Positions 45,982 through 55,605 of a stretch of DNA of 64,000 nt are shown here, one piece after another. Below the pieces are notes generated by a model. It was not told where the DNA came from, did not search any database, and saw only the letters and a program-made list of their open reading frames with translations. Origin of the DNA: a virus (lineage: Duplodnaviria; Heunggongvirae; Uroviricota; Caudoviricetes); IMG/VR virus record IMGVR_UViG_3300048930_000283; one strand, 5' to 3'. The stretch's first letter is position 1, and every line of letters starts with the position of its first letter. The translations under genes and the position numbers were made by a program.

Positions 45982-47271
45982 TTAAATCCCTTCATATCTG
46001 TCATTCAAAGAATCCTTCAATAGTTGCATTTTCATTTCATGCCTAGTTTTAGTCACACGATGCATTATTGCTCCTACTAAGTACTTACCGGTGTAGTATT
46101 TGTCCTGTTTAGTTTGCAATATTTCCTTCGCCTGTCCGTATGTACCCAATTCAAGATATACAACCTCACCTGCTGCAATATCTGTTCTTCCCTGTGCCTC
46201 AACATCTACACTAAAAATATCCATCTGCCCCAATAGAGGAAGCCGTTTATTGTGTATTTTACCTATCTTTAGTTCTATACCATCGTGCGTTCTAGGATAT
46301 ATTGTTGATACATTTAGCAGACCGTTTCTCTGGTCATAGGGGACAAAGTCAGTTGATACCTTAAACGGACTAAGATGTTTAGAGCTATCAAAATCTGTGC
46401 TATACACCCATTTGTGTTTCTTTATTTCCTTCCTAACTAAATCAACTTCTAACGTCGATGTTGAATACATTCCAGACATGTTCTGCTTTATGTAATCAAA
46501 TGAGTGATTTACGTATAGGTTTCTTATCGTCTGAACATCCCGCACAACATCTCTTACTGACTGCCCTTCTTTAGCCGAATCTACCCTTCTAGTGGCTGAG
46601 TCGTAGAAGTATTGATATTTAGGCTCTTGTGTTAATAGAGTTTCTAAGCTAACAAACCTATATTTTTTATTGCTCTCAAAAAAAATATAGTTGGGTGTTC
46701 CTTTTTGATTCTCAGCTAAGGATGCACAGTAGTTTATGATCTTGTATGGAGACCAAAAGTTTGACACAAACTTTAACTTGTTACTTGAGTTCTCGACTTC
46801 AATTGGTTTTTGGTACCTGTTAGAATCCTTCTCTATGTAACCACTAAAAACCTTCTTCACCGTTTCACTGAAGTTACCATTATACGGTTTACTTACCTTT
46901 TGGTTTAGGTCGTTTATCGCATCATATGATATTAGGTTTAGAACATACATTGACTTCATATCACTTCCCACTATACGAGACGTGATTTTATATACGTAGA
47001 ATCTATGTTTTATTTTTTTATCATCGGGAAATTCAGGTGTTTTAAATTCAAGATCTATCCACTCCTCACCTATGATAGGAACTAAGTATATTAGGTTGAA
47101 TGCTTCAACTAACGTAACTGTGCCAGTCATTACATTAGAAAATATATCTTCATATACGTCAATCTCAACTGTTAAGTTTTTTAAGTCTAATCGTTCAGTT
47201 CCTCCATTATAAACCAAATCTAACGTCTTAAGATGTGTTAAACCACCAGCTTGAAGTACTTCGGAACTCAT
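45982..47271 (-). CDS. Baseplate hub-associated protein, possibly gp27-like (429 aa).
   Basis: Assigned by position adjacent to gp5. Only weak pattern similarity to T4 gp27 as recalled. Confidence 0.45.
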   Translation of the reverse strand: MSSEVLQAGGLTHLKTLDLVYNGGTERLDLKNLTVEIDVYEDIFSNVMTGTVTLVEAFNLIYLVPIIGEEWIDLEFKTPEFPDDKKIKHRFYVYKITSRIVGSDMKSMYVLNLISYDAINDLNQKVSKPYNGNFSETVKKVFSGYIEKDSNRYQKPIEVENSSNKLKFVSNFWSPYKIINYCASLAENQKGTPNYIFFESNKKYRFVSLETLLTQEPKYQYFYDSATRRVDSAKEGQSVRDVVRDVQTIRNLYVNHSFDYIKQNMSGMYSTSTLEVDLVRKEIKKHKWVYSTDFDSSKHLSPFKVSTDFVPYDQRNGLLNVSTIYPRTHDGIELKIGKIHNKRLPLLGQMDIFSVDVEAQGRTDIAAGEVVYLELGTYGQAKEILQTKQDKYYTGKYLVGAIMHRVTKTRHEMKMQLLKDSLNDRYEGI

Positions 47272-47798
47272 GATACTAACTCATTGTTGAACATTTCAAT
47301 GAACTCATCTATAAATTTTGGTTTTATCAAAACAATATTCCTTTTCGCTTCATTCAAGCTCTCCTCATACTCTAAGTTGGTTATCGGATATGCATTTTCT
47401 GCTCCATACGTATCATTTATGAATGTTTGATCCATTGTAACACCATTATACTCATAATGGTGGATGTCATTGATATTATTTTCACCATATTTGGTAACTG
47501 CCAAGTCATAAACTGTCTTGTCTTGCAACGGCCATTGCTCTCCCAGATCATAAATTTTATTGACATACAGAATCACCCAATGTAGGTGGATGTTGCCGTA
47601 GTACTTGTATGCAATTATTTCTGGTGTTTCATCTAACGTAATGTAATACTTCTCAGTCCATTCACTTACATCGTCGTCATCTATTCTAGTTGTTATTTTT
47701 GTTAAAATATCTAAGATAGGGTAAACCTTCTTATCAGAATCCGTTCTAACAGTAAAGTCATATTGCAGGTTGTCTAATCTTGATAGGAACGTCGTCAT
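47268..47798 (-). CDS. gp53: Baseplate wedge protein (gp53-like; 176 aa).
   Basis: IAYKYYGNIHLHWVILYVN resembles T4 gp53 LANAIYGNPQLYWVLLMCN. C-terminal EESLNEAKRNIVLIKPKFIDEFIEMFNNEL resembles ...ENEKLRQIKIIAKSDINSFMNDLIRIME. Confidence 0.65.
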   Translation of the reverse strand: MTTFLSRLDNLQYDFTVRTDSDKKVYPILDILTKITTRIDDDDVSEWTEKYYITLDETPEIIAYKYYGNIHLHWVILYVNKIYDLGEQWPLQDKTVYDLAVTKYGENNINDIHHYEYNGVTMDQTFINDTYGAENAYPITNLEYEESLNEAKRNIVLIKPKFIDEFIEMFNNELVS

Positions 47799-47799
47799 C

Positions 47800-48789
47800 T
47801 TAATATCCCAATTCGATCATATTTCGATATAGTGGTTCGGTTTCTCTGAACTGTAACGACATAGTTATATGTACAGGGTGTGGTGTCTCATCAAATGCAG
47901 ACCAAGAACCGTTTGGGGTATAATCTACATTGCATGACTCAAGCACGCATGTTGCTATTCTCCCAACACTATCGTTTTCATTCTCTTTATAGTAATATTC
48001 AATATCAAACTCACTCGGTATGGCTAAGTATTGGCCTTGGTTGGCAGAGTCTAGTATTTCTGGATGCATATGAAACTTAAATAGCTTAATGATATTTTTT
48101 ACAGTTTCAGATTCTATTTCGTTCTTCGGCGCAAATATGTAATTGAACTCATGTCTTCTAAACCCAACAGACTTAAATAGTATTTCAGCTCGTGGATTTT
48201 CAACCTCACCTCTAGCTTTTTGAATTGCGCTATATGCACCTTCAACACCTACAGCGGCACCAACCCCACCCACCGCAGCAGCAATCCCCTCTTTGAGGAC
48301 CCCCGCGGCCGCGCTACTCGCTGCGTCAGTTAATGATTGGCCAGCCAATATGTTTTTTATTAGTGATCCTGCAATTCCACCATTTGTAAAGTCGTCATAT
48401 TCAGTTGAATATGATGCCTTAACTTGGTGCGGCATATGAAGAACTATTGCGTGAAGCAGACGCTTCATGGATGAAGAGGTAAAACTCTTGAGCATATCGG
48501 CTACTGAGCCACTACTAGTTTTTAGTTTTTCCATTGCAGCACCTGCATCCCTCGCCAACCCCTGGTTTGATGACTTTTGGGGCAAGCCCTTCAACTCAAT
48601 ATTTTTTGATTTCTTAGTTATGGTAGCTTTGGTGTTTGAGTTGATGTAGAATATGACGTAGTAGGGATACTTATCCTCACCCAAGTTGGATGGGAATTCT
48701 ATGGTTTCGTATTCACCACCTGGTTTATTCCTAGTACCAACAATATTCTTCTCTTTTTGTACTCCGTACCTATTAGCTAGATCTGACAT
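47800..48789 (-). CDS. Baseplate/tail-tube junction protein of the gp19-like family (gp48/gp54-like; 329 aa).
   Basis: N-terminal EYETIEFPSNLG and C-terminal WSAFDETPHPVHITMSLQFRE follow the gp19/gp48/gp54 pattern. Confidence 0.55.
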   Translation of the reverse strand: MSDLANRYGVQKEKNIVGTRNKPGGEYETIEFPSNLGEDKYPYYVIFYINSNTKATITKKSKNIELKGLPQKSSNQGLARDAGAAMEKLKTSSGSVADMLKSFTSSSMKRLLHAIVLHMPHQVKASYSTEYDDFTNGGIAGSLIKNILAGQSLTDAASSAAAGVLKEGIAAAVGGVGAAVGVEGAYSAIQKARGEVENPRAEILFKSVGFRRHEFNYIFAPKNEIESETVKNIIKLFKFHMHPEILDSANQGQYLAIPSEFDIEYYYKENENDSVGRIATCVLESCNVDYTPNGSWSAFDETPHPVHITMSLQFRETEPLYRNMIELGY

Positions 48790-48797
48790 TTTATTTT

Positions 48798-48805
48798 GAT
48801 AAATA
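48798..48805 (+). promoter_or_regulatory. Late promoter-like GATAAATA, 29 nt upstream of the gp4 ATG (plus strand). It is half of a divergent pair.
   Basis: Exact recurrence of the box with the same spacing as at gp25 and gp22. Confidence 0.4.
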
Positions 48806-48819
48806 TATGATTATTCCAA

Positions 48820-48827
48820 TATTTATC
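48820..48827 (-). promoter_or_regulatory. Late promoter-like GATAAATA on the minus strand, 31 nt upstream of the gp48/54-like gene. It is the other half of the divergent pair.
   Basis: As above. The two boxes lie back to back in the 44-nt intergenic region. Confidence 0.4.
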
Positions 48828-48833
48828 ATCTAA

Positions 48834-49274
48834 ATGAGGAACTACTTACAGGGAAAATACATTCTTAGGAATCCATCAAAGTACGTGGGGGATCCCAAAA
48901 ACATTGTCTTTCGATCTAGCTGGGAACTAAAACTGTTGAGGTTCTTCGATAGTAACCCAAACGTATTAAAGTATTCCAGTGAGGAGATTGTAATACCATA
49001 CTATGATAAAGCAACTGGAAGGAATCGACGGTACTTCGTGGATTTCGCGGCAATGATAAAACAGAAGGATGGGGTAATTAAGAAATATTTGATAGAAGTG
49101 AAACCACTAAAGCAAACTATCGCCCCCAAAAAGAAATCGAATAATTCTAAGGGATACTTAGAAGAAGTGACAACTTATATAACAAACAGGTGCAAGTGGG
49201 ACGCAGCAGAGGATTTCTGTAAGAAAAATGGGTGGGAGTGGATGATATTAACTGAAAAGAACTTAGGATTATGA
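48834..49274 (+). CDS. gp4: Head completion protein (gp4-like; 146 aa; TnsA-endonuclease-like fold).
   Basis: Pattern SSWELKLLRFFDSNPNVLKY...IPYY...RRYFVDFAA...KYLIEVKP...WDAAEDFCKKNGWEWMILTEKNLGL is typical of the T4 gp4 family. Confidence 0.7.
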   Translation: MRNYLQGKYILRNPSKYVGDPKNIVFRSSWELKLLRFFDSNPNVLKYSSEEIVIPYYDKATGRNRRYFVDFAAMIKQKDGVIKKYLIEVKPLKQTIAPKKKSNNSKGYLEEVTTYITNRCKWDAAEDFCKKNGWEWMILTEKNLGL

Positions 49275-49849
49275 ACCAAAATATATTTGACGTTGTTAGG
49301 AGAGACCCAAAGTATTCTACCACCAATTCGTGGTCTTGGTTCATGCGTAACGTGCGTGACCTGGCTACCGCTCAGGGAGTAAAACCATTGGCACTTATGG
49401 GGGATAACCAAATCCACCAAACAGATAGGATACTGCCTGGGTATTTCTATCAATTTTTCTATGACCCAAAATATAAGGAAGAACTACCTTTTTATGACAC
49501 GTTTCCTTTGGCAATTCCTTTCAGTGCAACGGGTCAGCACTTTACGTGTTTGAATATGCATATGATTTACCCACGTGCTAGGTTGTTACTCCTATCTAAA
49601 CTATTAGTATTCGCATCTGACGATAAATTGTCAGACAAGATGAGGATCAACTTATCGTGGAAATTTATAAGCAACGCATCTAGATTCCCGGGTGTGGATA
49701 AATGTGTTCGAATGTATCTAAAAAGTCACGTAAAATCTAAGTTTCTAAAGATTCCACCTGTCGACTATTTTTCAGCAATATTTTTGCCAGTGGAATCGAT
49801 GAAAAAGATGACCGTGCAAGAAGTGTGGAAGAAAAACTCACGATACTAA
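49271..49849 (+). CDS. Hypothetical virion-associated protein (192 aa), co-transcribed with gp4 (T4 gene 2/3 region).
   Basis: ATGA overlap with gp4. No motif recognised. Confidence 0.4.
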   Translation: MNQNIFDVVRRDPKYSTTNSWSWFMRNVRDLATAQGVKPLALMGDNQIHQTDRILPGYFYQFFYDPKYKEELPFYDTFPLAIPFSATGQHFTCLNMHMIYPRARLLLLSKLLVFASDDKLSDKMRINLSWKFISNASRFPGVDKCVRMYLKSHVKSKFLKIPPVDYFSAIFLPVESMKKMTVQEVWKKNSRY

Positions 49850-50766
49850 GCCATGTTTGGGTTTTTGAATCCGTATGCGCGAGGAACTAAATTGTGATCT
49901 TCATAGTTTTCAAGTATGCAGTCATATGTAAATCCAACTGCGGTGTCATGATCTATCTTTAATAATATCCTAGTTTTGTTTATTGATTTTGTATTTGCAT
50001 ATGTCTGTTTGAACAATTGAACAAATTCTTCCCAGGAGTTAACATGGTTATTACTTATAATTTCTACTACCTTCTTTCGTCTTCGATTGAACAAGAGAAC
50101 GTTACTAGGTTTTCTTCCTATTAATTTTTGTCTTATCTTATCACTATGCGCGGGTGATTGTGGTCCCAGCGGCATTCCTCTCCGTTTTGCCGCAATTTTT
50201 TCAACATGTTCTCGTGGTTTAGGGACTCCTCTTTGTCTTTCGGATATCAGCCTTTTTGATTTTTCACTGTGTTTTCTTCCCGTAGCAGCATTTACCCAAA
50301 TAACACCATCAATATACTCTCTCAGAAGCCTATCTGTTTCTCCAGTTAAAGTGTTTCTCGCATTTAGTAATTTCGTTGCTTCAGTTCGTGCAATTGCATA
50401 CTGCCAAGACGTTAGTGCCCTATCATATGATCTCTGAAACATTGTTATAGCATTTACCATCTTAGATTTTATTCTAACGTCAGAAAACATTTTGGATAGC
50501 AGTCGATGAGCAATGAAATGTTCCCTATGAGTCAATACAACTAAGTTGCATGGATCATTTTTCATCTCATCAGTTGAACACAGTGAAACAGGAAATATGT
50601 GGTGGCATTCAGAGTTCCCCGGCCCATACATATTTTTACCCATTACCCTTTTGTTGTATTTATTTGGTGCATAAAAATACCTAGATTCAATTAGATTTAT
50701 GTACCACCGAGTATATTTGTTGTTTAACGCAACTAATTTAATTTCATTGATATAAATATTGGACAT
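49846..50766 (-). mobile_element. Free-standing HNH homing endonuclease (Mob-like; 306 aa) with central NUMOD-like repeats.
   Basis: HNH core GNSECHHIFPVSL...CNLVVLTHREHFIAHR. Repeats GRKHSEKSKRLISERQRG, REHVEKIAAKRRG, AHSDKIRQKLIGRKP. Convergent with the neighbouring plus-strand genes. Confidence 0.8.
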
Positions 50767-50871
50767 GCTGACATTTCCTCCTTAAGGTTATAGTGTTAGA
50801 GTGGGTGGGAAGTTCCAATTCCGCGACCTACACTTTATTTATGATTTATTAAATTTCTACCTGTCAGAAGA

Positions 50872-51708
50872 TTGACACCAGAGGAGTTATCAGTAACTAT
50901 GATTCAAACGTTCTTAGCACAACTACATCAAAGTGGGTTTTCGTTATCTAAGCCCTGCATGTTTTTAGTTGAGTTTTCTGGTCACTTTGCAATTGATTCG
51001 GATTTGCGGTTTTTCTGTCACACAGCAACAATCCCTTCTTGGCAGATTCATACAGTGCCTAACAAGATATATGGTGTGACAAAAGAGATGCCATCAGACA
51101 TAAGTTACTCCTCAGCTAAAATGTCGTTTTATATAGATAGGTCTTGGGAGTTACCATCATCCCTTTACTCGTACAAGGATAAAGTGATAAACTCAACTAG
51201 TCATAGTTTTAAGTACTACGATGACTATGTCTTTGATACTAGAATAAAGGTATTGGATGCCTCAGGGGTTAATGATATGACAATATCTGAATTTGCTTTA
51301 CATAATTGCTTTATAAAGAACATAGATACAGATCAAGTGTCCTATGGCGCAATAAATACAGTTCATAATATTCACATTGATCTAACATATGAGTATTTTG
51401 AAATGATGTTTAGTGCAGCAGTTAACGAAAATATGATTGGTGTATCTAGTCCTCTTGAATCTATGAGTAGATCTATCTCTGGTATTAAGTCTATTCAAGA
51501 TGAGATTGGGTCATCACTAAATTTTGATACAGTGCGAACTCTTATGCCCGAGGCAGCTAATGCATTTGACCTATCCAAACTTAAATCGTTGGACCCAACA
51601 AAAACAATCTTGGGTGATGCATCTAAATATGCTCAAGACAAACTAAATAACGTCATACCAAGCGGTATATCATTACCAAGTTTTACTAACTCTATTATAT
51701 CATTCTGA
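50872..51708 (+). CDS. Second gp19-like family baseplate/tail-tube junction protein (gp48/gp54-like). The likely true start is the ATG at about 50899 (MIQTF...).
   Basis: N-terminal FLVEFSGHFA and C-terminal TYEYFE follow the gp19-family pattern. GAGGAG Shine-Dalgarno before the internal ATG. Confidence 0.5.
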   Translation: MTPEELSVTMIQTFLAQLHQSGFSLSKPCMFLVEFSGHFAIDSDLRFFCHTATIPSWQIHTVPNKIYGVTKEMPSDISYSSAKMSFYIDRSWELPSSLYSYKDKVINSTSHSFKYYDDYVFDTRIKVLDASGVNDMTISEFALHNCFIKNIDTDQVSYGAINTVHNIHIDLTYEYFEMMFSAAVNENMIGVSSPLESMSRSISGIKSIQDEIGSSLNFDTVRTLMPEAANAFDLSKLKSLDPTKTILGDASKYAQDKLNNVIPSGISLPSFTNSIISF

Positions 51709-51722
51709 TCGAAAGGATTATC

Positions 51723-52424
51723 ATGTTACCTGAATTGCAACTACCAACATATGAAGTAACCCTACCTACAACAAAAAAGAAAGTGAAGTATAGACCATTT
51801 GTGGTGAAAGAGGAAAAAATACTACTGCTTGCTATAGAAGAAGGTAAATCTGATTCTATAGTGAGATCAATGAAGCAGATAGTATCTGCGTGCACGTTTG
51901 AAAAGTTAGATGTGGATAGTATGACTGCTGCAGATATTGAATTCCTGTTTGTTCATATAAGAAATAAATCCTTTGGTGAGGGGGTTGAGATACAAACAGA
52001 ATGCAGTAAGTGCAAAACAAAAAAAATTCTGACTTTAGATATGTCTAAGATCAATATCACCAAAAAAACAATGGAGCCAGAGATCGAATTAGAGAAGGGT
52101 AAAGTTTGGGTTATTATGAAGTATCCTACTATGAATGCCACCTATAAGCTGTTGGATGCAACAGACGAAGTATCTGCAGCAGAGGAGTATATAGCATCAT
52201 GTATAGATAAGTTAATTATTGGGGAATCAACATATGACTATACTGAAGTCCCATTAGAAAAGCAGATTGATTTTATAGGTAACCTAACACACAAGCACAT
52301 TGAGTTGCTGCAAGAGTTTATATCATCAGCACCTAAGGTTTATTTGGAAGATAAGTTTGTATGTGTAAACTGTGGTGAAACAAACTCTATTTTATTGGAG
52401 GGCCTCGACAGTTTTTTCGCATAG
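51723..52424 (+). CDS. Hypothetical baseplate-hub-region protein (233 aa; gp28 position) with two CxxC pairs.
   Basis: Position immediately before the tape measure. ECSKCKTKK ... CVNCGETN. Confidence 0.4.
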   Translation: MLPELQLPTYEVTLPTTKKKVKYRPFVVKEEKILLLAIEEGKSDSIVRSMKQIVSACTFEKLDVDSMTAADIEFLFVHIRNKSFGEGVEIQTECSKCKTKKILTLDMSKINITKKTMEPEIELEKGKVWVIMKYPTMNATYKLLDATDEVSAAEEYIASCIDKLIIGESTYDYTEVPLEKQIDFIGNLTHKHIELLQEFISSAPKVYLEDKFVCVNCGETNSILLEGLDSFFA

Positions 52425-52483
52425 GCCTGTCATTAGAGACTCTATCTGATTTTTTTACTATAAATTTCTTTCTAATGACAAAA

Positions 52484-52590
52484 CATTCATATTCACTGTC
52501 AGAGTTGGAACAGATGATACCTTATGAACGTGAGATATATGTAACACTTTTAATACAACAGTTGGAAAAAGAGGCAAATAAAAATGGTTA
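52484..52590 (+). CDS. Possible micro-ORF (35 aa; MTKHSYSLSELEQMIPYEREIYVTLLIQQLEKEANKNG) whose stop overlaps the gp29 start.
   Basis: A TATAAATT late-like box lies 25 nt upstream (52459..52466). Speculative. Confidence 0.25.
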
Positions 52591-54458
52591 GAGCAACCCC
52601 AAAGTTTGGTTATGGAGACGAGTTAGAGCTAGCTAAAAAATGGGATGGACTACCTGAAAATTGGATTGCAAGAAATCCAGTTGAGCAAAATCAGTTATTA
52701 ACAGAGTATAGAAATGCACTTGCCTCAGGTTCAGTGCCCTCTGAGTTGGTTCCTCCAGACTCATGGTTGCGAAGTGAATTAAACATAGACCCAAAGCAAG
52801 CAAGACAGAGTGCCCCACCACCTTCTAGTGCTGGGGGTAATCAACCACCAACCAATAGAAGAACCATAACACAGGTAAAAGCAGAGAGAGATGCTCAACT
52901 GAAAGACCTCTATGAGTCTTCTGTTCCCTCTTGGATACGTAAGACCAAAGAGAAAACAAATGAGCAGATTTCTACAACCAAATCACCGGTAATGCGGGCT
53001 CTATATGGTGCATCCAGAGATGCAGCAGCTAAGTTAGAACGCAAATATACAGGCACTCAGGAATATACAGAAAAAGAGAGTGAGATAAAGTCTAAGGCAG
53101 ATGCAGAGATGGCGGGGCTTAGAAAAGCAGGCTCCTCTGACCCAGCAAACAAAAAAATAATATCACTACTGGAGGAGATTGCTGAGAATACTGCGAATGG
53201 GTCATCTAATTCTGTCGGGGCTCAAGATGATGATAATGAAGATGGTTCTAGTCGGAAAAAGGATAGTATACTTAGTAATTTGCTGAAACCCTTAGGGACC
53301 GCTGTTTTGGGTGGAGTGGCATCCACTGGGGGTTTTGGGTCACGAGCAGTTGCAACATCTGTATTTTTGAATAGTGTGTTATCTAAAACAGCGAGGAATG
53401 TAAAAGCAGCACATACTGCGGCACCTGCTACTACTGCGGCACCTGCTACTACTGCGGCACCTGCTACTACTGCCTCTGCGACACCTGCTGCAGTAACACC
53501 AATTTCACCCACGATGCCTGCAGTGTTCAGAAGTGGTAGAATTACGCAACAAGCACCTGCTGCAGTAACACCAATTTCACCCACGATGCCTGCAGTGTTC
53601 AGAAGTGGTAGAATTACGCAACAAGCACCTGATGCACCCGCCCAACAAGCAGAAGAGCAGAACACTCGTGTCGAACCTAGAAAGACATTTGCTGAAAGAT
53701 TGCAAACCATGTTTAGAGGTAAACCGAAAGAAGATGGAGATGGTGAGAAGGATCAAACAGGAAAATCCTCTCTATTTGGGGCACTCGCTGGAGGTTTTAA
53801 AGGGATATTTAAAAGATTACTACCAATACTTAAGGGTGGGTTTGGTCCGATCATTAAAGGGCTAATGGTTGCAATGGGACCCGTTATAGGACTATTTGGT
53901 AAGTTAGCAATGGCGTTGGGGCCAGTACTAGGTGTGATAGGTGCAGCAATGGCTGGGTTCAAAATTGGATCGTGGTTGAATAAGAAACTAGGGTTGAGCG
54001 ACAAGTTGGTTAGTGGAGTTGAAACAGTTCAAGGATGGTTCGGCTCTTCAACCGACGACAAAATAAAGCAGGGTGAGGAGAAACAAGAGCTTGAGTATTA
54101 CAACAAAGCTAAAGCGGAAGGAAGGCCGATTTCTACTGTATTAGCAAATAAATTAAAGGCAAGAGGAGTAGATGTAGATCCGAAATTAATCTCAGCTCCA
54201 GTAACCAACGCAGGCTCTAAAACAACCAGAGTGGCAGCGCAAATTAATACGTTGAAGGCAGTTGAGGACAAAAAAGAAGAGAAGAAAGAGAAGAAAGAAG
54301 ATGCTAAACACGCACAATTGGTTGAGGCCACAAAACAAGTAAAAGTTGTGACTACACCTGTTACATCAAATAGCAACTCTACTAATGTTACGTTGGGGGT
54401 GAGGAACCCAGATTCGACTCTGCAAACATTCCTGCAGAGTCGAATGAGGTACGCTTAA
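52584..54458 (+). CDS. gp29: Tail tape measure / baseplate hub protein (gp29-like; 624 aa) with internal tandem repeats and a Gly-rich hydrophobic C-terminal segment.
   Basis: Size and position match. GALAGGFKGIFKRLLPILKGGFGPIIKGLMVAMGPVIGLFGKLAMALGPVLGVIGAAMAGF is typical of tape-measure proteins. Contains a 2x 24-aa and a 3x 6-aa perfect repeat. Confidence 0.6.
   Translation: MVRATPKFGYGDELELAKKWDGLPENWIARNPVEQNQLLTEYRNALASGSVPSELVPPDSWLRSELNIDPKQARQSAPPPSSAGGNQPPTNRRTITQVKAERDAQLKDLYESSVPSWIRKTKEKTNEQISTTKSPVMRALYGASRDAAAKLERKYTGTQEYTEKESEIKSKADAEMAGLRKAGSSDPANKKIISLLEEIAENTANGSSNSVGAQDDDNEDGSSRKKDSILSNLLKPLGTAVLGGVASTGGFGSRAVATSVFLNSVLSKTARNVKAAHTAAPATTAAPATTAAPATTASATPAAVTPISPTMPAVFRSGRITQQAPAAVTPISPTMPAVFRSGRITQQAPDAPAQQAEEQNTRVEPRKTFAERLQTMFRGKPKEDGDGEKDQTGKSSLFGALAGGFKGIFKRLLPILKGGFGPIIKGLMVAMGPVIGLFGKLAMALGPVLGVIGAAMAGFKIGSWLNKKLGLSDKLVSGVETVQGWFGSSTDDKIKQGEEKQELEYYNKAKAEGRPISTVLANKLKARGVDVDPKLISAPVTNAGSKTTRVAAQINTLKAVEDKKEEKKEKKEDAKHAQLVEATKQVKVVTTPVTSNSNSTNVTLGVRNPDSTLQTFLQSRMRYA
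53420..53627 (+). repeat. In-frame tandem repeats inside gp29: 3x 18 bp (AAPATT x3, about 53420..53473) and 2x 72 bp (AAVTPISPTMPAVFRSGRITQQAP x2, about 53484..53627).
   Basis: Perfect nucleotide-level tandem duplications. Confidence 0.8.
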
Positions 54459-54739
54459 GTTATCTTACGGTCTGAGATTAGACCCTCGAATGTGTTCCAC
54501 ATACGATTGAATTTAATCTCATATAGTGCAGCGAGACCCTTTAGTGAATCAGAAAATTCACCAATAGTTGCTGAATTAAGATTAAATGCTTCATGCAAGA
54601 GACGAATATCATTCGTAACTTGCCAGCACTCCATGATTTGTTCTTCTAGATCGAACCTAGATACCGATTGTTCTGGGAATGTTGATGGTGTTTCTTCTTC
54701 GGAAACTTCAATATCCCACGGTGACGACCATTTATCCAT
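54455..54739 (-). CDS. Hypothetical acidic protein (94 aa).
   Basis: Complete ORF downstream of gp32. Confidence 0.45.
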   Translation of the reverse strand: MDKWSSPWDIEVSEEETPSTFPEQSVSRFDLEEQIMECWQVTNDIRLLHEAFNLNSATIGEFSDSLKGLAALYEIKFNRMWNTFEGLISDRKIT

Positions 54740-54741
54740 GA

Positions 54742-55605
54742 TTAATCTTCCTCAGCTAGTTTTTGAAAGAACGAAATAGAATCGTCATCGTCGTCTGCAG
54801 GTGTTTCCACCGCATCTTTCCGTTGCTGACGTTCAGTTTTCACTGGTACATCATCGTCTTCAACATCTTCCCTAGATTTAGATGCTTTATTATTGACAGG
54901 ACCACCAATAACTTTATACAGCTTATCCTTAAGATCATCATATGACTTAAACTCAGCTGGTGCTAAGAACACCTGCAAGTCATATATCTTACCCATGATG
55001 TCTTTAAGATCCTTCTTGTTGATGGCAGATGCTTCTTCGAATGCAGAGCTCTCAAAGTTTGCATATCCATCCTTACGACGCATCTTCAACTTGAAGTTTG
55101 CACCTGTTTCAGCATCGAATGGGTTAAGTGGCTTTTCATCTTCAAATTCTGGTTGCAGTGCATTGATGATCTTATCAAAGATTTGCTGACCATATTTGAA
55201 TAGGAAGACCTTACCTTCATTCTCTGGGTGGCGAGAGTCGGAAATAACTTGAATGTTGCTGATGTATGAAACCTTGCGCTTACGCTTACGGACAATATCC
55301 TTATTGGCTTCTACACCAGAATTCCATAGTGTATTATTTTCCTCACACACCGGACACTCTTGACCAATTGTAGTCAAGCAGTTGTCAATGAACCACTTAC
55401 CCGCTGCATTTTGGAAACCATGAGACATTGTCTTGATAAACACGTCATCATCTTCGGTATGACCAGGTAGGAAACGAATGACAGCAAATCCGTTACCTGC
55501 TGCGTCTGCCTCCATCCTCCAGAACTTATCCGCATGAGGGTCTTCGAATCCTTGGGATTTAGTTTTATTGACTTTATCTAGTAGTTTTTGCATTGCGTTT
55601 GACAT
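54742..55605 (-). CDS. gp32: Single-stranded DNA-binding protein (gp32-like; 287 aa).
   Basis: ADAAGNGFAVIRFLP matches T4 gp32 LDNAGNGQAVIRFLP. ENEGKVFLFKYGQQIFDKI matches ENEGKVFKYRFGKKIWDKI. Zn-ligand-like H/C cluster and acidic C-terminal tail. Confidence 0.9.
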   Translation of the reverse strand: MSNAMQKLLDKVNKTKSQGFEDPHADKFWRMEADAAGNGFAVIRFLPGHTEDDDVFIKTMSHGFQNAAGKWFIDNCLTTIGQECPVCEENNTLWNSGVEANKDIVRKRKRKVSYISNIQVISDSRHPENEGKVFLFKYGQQIFDKIINALQPEFEDEKPLNPFDAETGANFKLKMRRKDGYANFESSAFEEASAINKKDLKDIMGKIYDLQVFLAPAEFKSYDDLKDKLYKVIGGPVNNKASKSREDVEDDDVPVKTERQQRKDAVETPADDDDDSISFFQKLAEED

